A stretch of 64,000 nt of DNA from an uncultured Thermoplasmata archaeon (lineage in GTDB: Archaea; Thermoplasmatota; Thermoplasmata; Lutacidiplasmatales; UBA184), in NCBI GenBank assembly GCA_963787975.1, contig CAWBEU010000008.1, forward strand, positions 125,369-189,368. The letters run 5' to 3'. The translations under genes were made by a program, and so were the position numbers. How positions within the stretch are numbered: position 1 is the stretch's first letter; the number at the start of each line of letters is the position of its first letter. Below are positions 59,701 through 64,000 of the stretch, one piece after another. The notes beneath the pieces were generated by a model. It made no database searches. It was not told where the DNA came from and saw nothing but the letters and a program-made list of their open reading frames with translations.

Positions 59701-60106
59701 AGAACAGCTCGATATACGAGGAACCTCCGAAGCTGCGCACGTGTACCTCGGCCAGCCCCTCGAGTGGAGCGACGAGGATGCCTTCGGTAAGGATCGCGAG
59801 ACCGACCCGGAGGGCCGCGTCGAGGCGGGCCTCCATGGAGGACCCGCGCCGGGCATCGTTCACGATCGTCCGGACCATCGCTACCGCGAGCTCGTCGCGG
59901 GGGAGGTCGCGCGCCAACGCCCGGATCTCTTCCGCGATCCCCTCGAGAGGCAGATGGCCCAGGAGCTTCTCCACCCGGGAGGCCATGTCCTGGGCCGGCG
60001 GGATCTCCGGATGGTCTTCCGGGTCCAACCCCACCGCGCGAGCGGTCCGCGCCACGGCGTAGGCACGCTCGACCGCCTGATCGATCGTTTCGAAATATGT
60101 CGCCAC
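56756..60106 (-). CDS. polC: DNA polymerase D large subunit (DP2), intein-free
   Basis: LAILTEGILVAPLEG, AGPIRAAGGTAQA, GGFRLTYGR, RVGRPEKA, HAAKRRNCDGDEDS, FLPDLMGNL. Confidence 0.98.
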   Translation of the reverse strand: MATYFETIDQAVERAYAVARTARAVGLDPEDHPEIPPAQDMASRVEKLLGHLPLEGIAEEIRALARDLPRDELAVAMVRTIVNDARRGSSMEARLDAALRVGLAILTEGILVAPLEGLAEVHVRSFGGSSYIELFYAGPIRAAGGTAQAMSVLLADVARRELGLSAYHPLPGEVERYMEEIPLYKHSQHLQYVPSADEVATVVQNVPVCISGESTEGDLEVSAFRNLPRVPTNGLRGGACLVIAEGLCQKAPKLRKIVQRLGLDGWEFLDRLGRHATSEEDGSAHGPKYLAEAVGGRPVLAYPHRPGGFRLTYGRARTTGLASCAVNPATMRVLRNFVAVGTQVKLEYPGKATAMTLCDTVEGPIVDLDDGTLTVIHDLDRAEQLLPHIQRIVDLGSLLVPFGEFLENNRPLVPGAYTLEWHLEELRAAGVPLDDRAYHPSFAEAVETGREWGVPLHPRFLLFWHDLTSGEIRALSEFVEREGRWVSNALELPRDPEVREVLVRLGFLHAPRGEGTLRGEEELSQALVAGLGLVPGRHGLARVAPAEPVDIEPLTYVSRLAGVTIPARSPSRIGARVGRPEKARQRKMSPNVHVLFPVGDAGGAQRSLPEAARQSHGRGVPTQLGVRECSQCHRTTVWPQCSCGGHTRATGQVTTQELSIAPIWAHAVERLDLRRTPPNVKGVKGLLSAGKVPEPIEKGILRASHGISVYQDGTARFDLTDLPLTHFRPREIGLSIETAHELGYTRDWVGAPLEEIDQLAELQPQDLIVSHSCGVYLTHLAQFVDDELVRLYGLDPFYRASKPEDLRGHLVTALAPHTSGAVAGRLIGYTAAEGCFAHPVFHAAKRRNCDGDEDSLTLLLDALLNFSRAYLPSSRGGLMDKPLVLTTRLNATEVDSEAHNVDIAFRYPVEFYRAAARGGTAKEVQPLIETVSQRVGTDRAMSGYGFTHDTTDIAGGPVRSAYREAPSMDRIVEQSLVVASQIRAVDVGEAVSLVLNAHFLPDLMGNLKSYATQKFRCKVCGTSYRRPPLSGRCTMRPRGGKPCEGALQPTVFEASVRKYLGLSQRLASTTGVPPYLRQRILLLETSLATLFPGSLAQTTLESFQGPPAVEEPTDEL

Positions 60107-60189
60107 GCCGCGCGGCGAGCTACGCGCCGGACCTTAAGCCCTCGCCGCGCCGGACAACCGGAACGCGGCGACGGCGAGAGCGGGCGGCG

Positions 60190-60960
60190 TCAATCCGGCG
60201 CGGCGAGTTCGGACACCGGGATGGTGACCAGTACGGATTGCGGCTGGCCGAGGTAGAGGAGTTCGATCTTGCAGTTGTTCGGCGGATTCAATTGGCCGGT
60301 CTGGGCGAAGCACCACGTGGGAATCCCATGGTAGTCATCGGTGTCGCACAGCCCCGTGGTACCCGTGCATCCGGGGTTCCCAGTGTCCTTGGGAGCCGTG
60401 GTGGAGTGAATGTACAGCACGATGCTGTCGCCGTCCGTCAGGTACGTCGCGTTGGGAGTGAGCTGCCAGAAGAATCCGAGGCGGCTGAACGGAATGTCGT
60501 AGCCAAACACCGCGGCGGGATCGTACTTGCCACAGGTTTGGAGGCAATTGCCCCCCGGCTGTACGCAGTTGAAGTTGGCCGCGTGGTTCGTGGTCGGAAT
60601 GTAGAGCATGTTCGGCAGGGTCGACTCGAAGTAGACCGTGCCATTGCAGATGAAAATGAACTCGATATCGGCCACCGGCATGACCCCCGGCGACTGGGTG
60701 GTGAAGATGAGGTCCACCGCCGGTTGCTGCGAGCAGGTCGAAGGATCGTTGATGTTCGTGCAGTCGGTCAGGTCTCCCCAGGTGGGGGCGGTAGTGCCGG
60801 TATCCACCGTATAGTAAATCGAGCTGGTAGCGTTGGGGATCGGCGGTTTGAACGCGAACAGCACGGCCGCCAAGACGACGGTCATGGCCACGAGCAGAAT
60901 CACGGCAATAATGTTGCTGATGCCCCGACGCCGCCGCGCCCGCCGGGTCCGTATGTACAC
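60190..60960 (-). CDS. Archaeal type IV pilin-like protein (class III signal peptide), Cys-rich
   Basis: RRRRG|ISNIIAVILLVAMTVVLAAVL prepilin motif. Confidence 0.85.
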   Translation of the reverse strand: MYIRTRRARRRRGISNIIAVILLVAMTVVLAAVLFAFKPPIPNATSSIYYTVDTGTTAPTWGDLTDCTNINDPSTCSQQPAVDLIFTTQSPGVMPVADIEFIFICNGTVYFESTLPNMLYIPTTNHAANFNCVQPGGNCLQTCGKYDPAAVFGYDIPFSRLGFFWQLTPNATYLTDGDSIVLYIHSTTAPKDTGNPGCTGTTGLCDTDDYHGIPTWCFAQTGQLNPPNNCKIELLYLGQPQSVLVTIPVSELAAPD

Positions 60961-61111
60961 GTATACCCCCACCTTTACAGCGCAGCCCCTCCCTTTTAGT
61001 CTTGCGCTACCGAAGTAACTCCTCCGAGCCCGTTTCGGACCGCCCCGTCGTCTCTCGGCACCTTCGGTCCGGGTCAAGCGCCTATTGGGAGAGAGAGTGT
61101 AGGGAGGAGCC

Positions 61112-61777
61112 GTGAAAGTCGTCATTTTCGGCGCATCCGGCATGGTGGGGCAAGGGGTTCTTCGTGAGTGCCTCCTCGACGCGCGAGTCGACGCCGTCCT
61201 CTCCGTTGGGCGTACCTCGACCGGCCACCGGGACGAGAAGCTCCAGGAAATCCTCCTGAAGGACGTCGGCGACCTGACCGGGGTCGAGGATCGGCTACGC
61301 GGCTACGATGCCTGCTTCTTCTGTCTAGGGGTCTCCTCGGCAGGCATGTCGGAAGTCGACTACCGACGGGTGACCTACGACCTTACGGTCGAAATCGCGC
61401 AGACCCTGATCCGGCTCAACCCCGGGATGACGTTCGTCTACATCACCGGCGCCGGCACCGACAGCACGGAGCACGGGCGGAGCATGTGGGCCCACGTGAA
61501 GGGTCAGACCGAGAACGCGCTGCTCCGGATGCCGTTCAAAGCGGCGTATATGTTCCGGCCCGCCGTGATCCAGCCGCTCCACGGGATCCATTCGAAGACG
61601 CGGAGCTATCGGATCCTGTACGCGGTGATGTGGCCGTTCATCCCCCTAGTAAAGGCGCTCTCCCCGAACTCCGTGACGACGACCGAGCGGGTGGGACGCG
61701 CGATGATCCGAGTTGCGGTCGAGGGCGCCGCGTCCCACGTTCTCGGTACCCGCGAAATCAACGCGCTCGGAAAATAG
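61112..61777 (+). CDS. NAD(P)-binding atypical SDR/epimerase
   Basis: GASGMVG, DACFFCLG, VKGQTEN, FRPAVI. Confidence 0.9.
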   Translation: MKVVIFGASGMVGQGVLRECLLDARVDAVLSVGRTSTGHRDEKLQEILLKDVGDLTGVEDRLRGYDACFFCLGVSSAGMSEVDYRRVTYDLTVEIAQTLIRLNPGMTFVYITGAGTDSTEHGRSMWAHVKGQTENALLRMPFKAAYMFRPAVIQPLHGIHSKTRSYRILYAVMWPFIPLVKALSPNSVTTTERVGRAMIRVAVEGAASHVLGTREINALGK

Positions 61778-61933
61778 GCCGTCGTAGTCACAGAGATTCC
61801 TCTACACCTGCGGCTGAAAACGGTTCTGTTAAATTTCGCGGGACGGGGTGAGACGCTGGTAGGTCGTTACAAACCGCGGGATAAGGTTACGCGGTCAGTG
61901 GGTGTTTATATGAGGGCGATACATCCCGGTTTC

Positions 61934-62134
61934 GCTCATGAAGCCGGGCGACGGGGGGGGCGGGGCCAAGCCCTGCCCGGCCTCGGGAGATTGAGACGGA
62001 GCGAAAGGGCTTGGGTCGGGGTTCTCACCCGAATCCGCCGTTTACTGGACGGCTATCCTAGTTGGACGACCCAAGCCTGAAGTCTCCGATTTCTCCTCCC
62101 GAGGACGGACGGAACCCCGTCGCTCGGCTGATGC
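61934..62134 (+). ncRNA. Unassigned ~200-nt structured RNA with terminal K-turn
   Basis: TTTATAT TATA at 61905-11; 15-bp closing helix 61942-56/62115-29; further helices 61958-78, 61981-89/62096-104, 62007-18/62067-78, 62037-53; G-U pairs indicate the + strand. Confidence 0.7.
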
Positions 62135-62217
62135 CTCCCACCGGCAAACCTGCTTATGAGACTTGTCGCAGAGACGTGATTACCTCGCAAACTTTGACTG
62201 ACATACAGGGGGACAAA

Positions 62218-62811
62218 TTGGACGGCTTACGCGATTCCGGCGACAAGCACCTAGAAGAAGGCGCGCCTCCTCCCGGCGAGGACGCTAGCAGCGAGTCCGA
62301 CCTAGGACGAACGCGTACTGTCCCGCCGCAGACAGCAATTGTTGGCTCTGACGAAATCGTTCTCTCTCAGCTCTCGGCGGTCCTCGGGAGGCAACTTGAT
62401 AATTTCGAGATCATCGGAACAAGAACGATTACACTGTTGTCCATACTTGTCGGAACTCTCACGGGAGTAATCGCGCTTCAGAAAGCCTTCGTCAAAAATG
62501 TTCCAGCCTGGCCCATCGTTCTTGCGTCTGCCCTGATTCTAATCGCTCTGGCATTTGGTGCTATCACCTTCTTCAGACTTCGGGCAATCTATGCCGGACC
62601 CGAGCCTGAGGGTCTCGCAACCTACGTCGACCAACCTCCTCAGGACACTAGGAGGGACCTAATCAGCGAATACGTGGAGGCGATTGGTTTGAACGAAGGG
62701 CTTCTCTCCAAACGGCAAGTCTTGTTCCAAATCGCAGCCTACCTACTCTGGTTGGCGGCAGTTGACCTGATCGTGACCACGACGTGGTTATATCTCTCGG
62801 GCGCAGTTTGA
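62218..62811 (+). CDS. 3-TM membrane protein (Pycsar-effector/DUF5706-like topology)
   Basis: Helix, TM1-TM2, GP loop, helix EYVEAIGLNEGLLSKR, TM3. TTG start after AGGGGG chosen so as not to overlap the ncRNA. Confidence 0.6.
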   Translation: MDGLRDSGDKHLEEGAPPPGEDASSESDLGRTRTVPPQTAIVGSDEIVLSQLSAVLGRQLDNFEIIGTRTITLLSILVGTLTGVIALQKAFVKNVPAWPIVLASALILIALAFGAITFFRLRAIYAGPEPEGLATYVDQPPQDTRRDLISEYVEAIGLNEGLLSKRQVLFQIAAYLLWLAAVDLIVTTTWLYLSGAV

Positions 62812-63029
62812 GAAAGGAATCGAGATGGTAAAGAAAGGCAAACTCAAGAAACTGAAGATTCCTGGTTAGAAGTGACCAGAATCGATTCGGACAACATGCC
62901 ACGGTGGGCGGAGGTTCTGTAACTCCTCGGGGCGTTCCGGCCAGCGCTATTCATTTGTAATACACCTCGCCTCTCGCCTCCCCTTCGCCCGGCATAGATG
63001 AATCAAGACCTTTCGCTATGACTTAAGTC

Positions 63030-63338
63030 GTGGTCGAAGGGGTACGAATCACCCTCTACGGCCGAGACCGCAGGGCGTTGGACTCTCTCTGTTCGCAAAT
63101 TCGAGGGTTCTCTAAGGAACGGGGTGTTGCAATGTCGGGCCCCGTTCCCCTGCCCACGAAAAAGCTCAGGGTGCCCGTTAGGAAGGGCCCCGACGGTTGC
63201 GGGACGAGTACGATCGACCACTGGGAGATGCGCATTTACCAACGTTTGATTGACGTTGACGCCGACGAGGATGTCATGCATCAAATTATCCGAGCCCACA
63301 TTCCGGATGGGGTCCACATAGAGGTTCGTCTCCTATGA
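63030..63338 (+). CDS. rps10: Divergent stand-alone ribosomal protein uS10 homologue
   Basis: RITL..ALDSLCSQI, SGPVPLPTK, RKGPDG.G..DHWEMRIYQRLID, IPDGVHIEV; no tuf/fus neighbours. Confidence 0.88.
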   Translation: MVEGVRITLYGRDRRALDSLCSQIRGFSKERGVAMSGPVPLPTKKLRVPVRKGPDGCGTSTIDHWEMRIYQRLIDVDADEDVMHQIIRAHIPDGVHIEVRLL

Positions 63339-63371
63339 CCCGGACCCGACGGAACCGCTGAAAGGTCTCGA

Positions 63372-63701
63372 TCAGTTAGCGTCCTCATAGTCGTGGACTG
63401 CAAAGCGCCGCTCAAGCTCAATCTCTGCCATACGGATGTCGGCGGTCGGTGAATCCAACATGAGTTCGTAGCTGTGCCGGGCCCCGCGGAATCCGTGGCG
63501 ACGGGCGTGACCCGCGCAATACCGCCATCCGAACGAACACCGGAACACGGCGGGGCCGTCGCATCCTGGAACCCGGCATGGGACATCCGGGCTCAGAGTG
63601 CGTTCCGGTCTATCCGCGTCTACGGGTTTGTAGCCCTTGATTGCTTTGAGTAGCGCGGTAAGAATCTCCAGCCCCGTGGGTTCGGCCGTGGGCTCTGCCA
63701 T
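63372..63701 (-). CDS. Hypothetical Cys/His (Zn-binding?) small protein
   Basis: CRVPGC..C..YCAGH; AGGGA upstream; co-directional with the next ORF. Confidence 0.55.
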   Translation of the reverse strand: MAEPTAEPTGLEILTALLKAIKGYKPVDADRPERTLSPDVPCRVPGCDGPAVFRCSFGWRYCAGHARRHGFRGARHSYELMLDSPTADIRMAEIELERRFAVHDYEDAN

Positions 63702-63711
63702 GCGCTGTCCC

Positions 63712-63990
63712 TCATGGCTCGCCGACGTTCCTTAGAACCCACTGCTTCTGATCCACCCATTCATAGTCGCGCCGGCTCCGCATGTTAGGGTCTGGAAAGA
63801 GTAGGATGAAACCATCTCGAACAAGGTCCGGCTGGCTTCCGATGCTGTCCTGCCACTCCTTGATCTTCTTCTGCCACTCCCCGCCCACACGCCCCTTCTT
63901 CAGGGTGAGGTCCCTGAAAACCTCGAACGGAACAAAATATTCGAGATCCAGGCTCGCCGGCTCCATCCAAGTCTTCTCATCGTCGGTCAT
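63712..63990 (-). CDS. Hypothetical protein
   Basis: 92-aa ORF with ATG start, 10 nt upstream of the previous ORF. Confidence 0.55.
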   Translation of the reverse strand: MTDDEKTWMEPASLDLEYFVPFEVFRDLTLKKGRVGGEWQKKIKEWQDSIGSQPDLVRDGFILLFPDPNMRSRRDYEWVDQKQWVLRNVGEP

Positions 63991-64000
63991 GTAGGATTGG

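Larger units (their letters stand above)
62140..64000. mobile_element. Left part of a putative integrated element / genomic island
   Basis: Visible drop in GC and change of codon usage right after the ncRNA; orphan small ORFs; no integrase within the window. Confidence 0.5.

Noticed and set aside
61873-61895. ACCGCG-N11-CGCGGT inverted repeat as a Xer/dif or att site
   Set aside because: Short GC-rich arms and a poor match to dif geometry; insufficient support.
61981-62104. Bulge-helix-bulge splicing motif in the structured RNA
   Set aside because: Canonical geometry (GAGA-AAU / UCUC-AAU) appears only on the minus strand, whereas the promoter and G-U pairs indicate the plus strand; alternative pairings exist.
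61934-62134. SRP RNA, RNase P RNA, 5S rRNA, tRNA or hammerhead ribozyme
   Set aside because: Hallmark sequences (SRP helix-8 CAGG/GGAA/AGCA, RNase P GAGGAAAGUCC, cloverleaf, CUGANGA core) not found by eye.
62062-62217. N-terminal extension of the 3-TM ORF given in the ORF track
   Set aside because: Overlaps the structured RNA; a TTG with a better ribosome-binding site lies at 62218.
1-64000. CRISPR array, rRNA genes, transposases
   Set aside because: No regularly spaced repeats, rRNA signatures or transposase/integrase motifs seen.

Overview
High-GC archaeal chromosomal window. PolD large subunit, A-type ATP synthase, PurP, PolB2 and TATA-led leaderless genes identify it as archaeal; the ATPase subunit blocks and gene content suggest Thermoplasmatota (inference). 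Most of it is housekeeping or metabolic: a PolB2 damage-tolerance cassette, a split A1Ao ATP synthase operon with an intein in atpA, class II RNR, PolX, nadAC, two STAND/AAA-TPR paralogues, gcvT, purP, a molybdo-flavoenzyme, PolD and a pilin. An AT-richer, MGE-like segment starts near 62140. The observations most worth checking are: (1) an unassigned, strongly base-paired ~200-nt RNA with its own TATA box and terminal K-turn (61934-62134), at the edge of an island carrying a 3-TM protein and a divergent stand-alone ribosomal protein uS10; (2) a translationally coupled HEAT-repeat / tandem-GNAT / EarP-like glycosyltransferase operon; (3) a tRNA-Arg(UCG) with a T-loop intron in a perfect bulge-helix-bulge; (4) a long structured nrdJ leader with competing helices; (5) an HTH-ferritin fusion regulator divergent from an NRAMP gene; (6) an unannotated hydrophobic micro-ORF inside the ATP synthase operon. 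Several frameshifts, and a chimeric intein end, look like consensus artefacts rather than biology. All family assignments are by motif recognition only; no searches were run.
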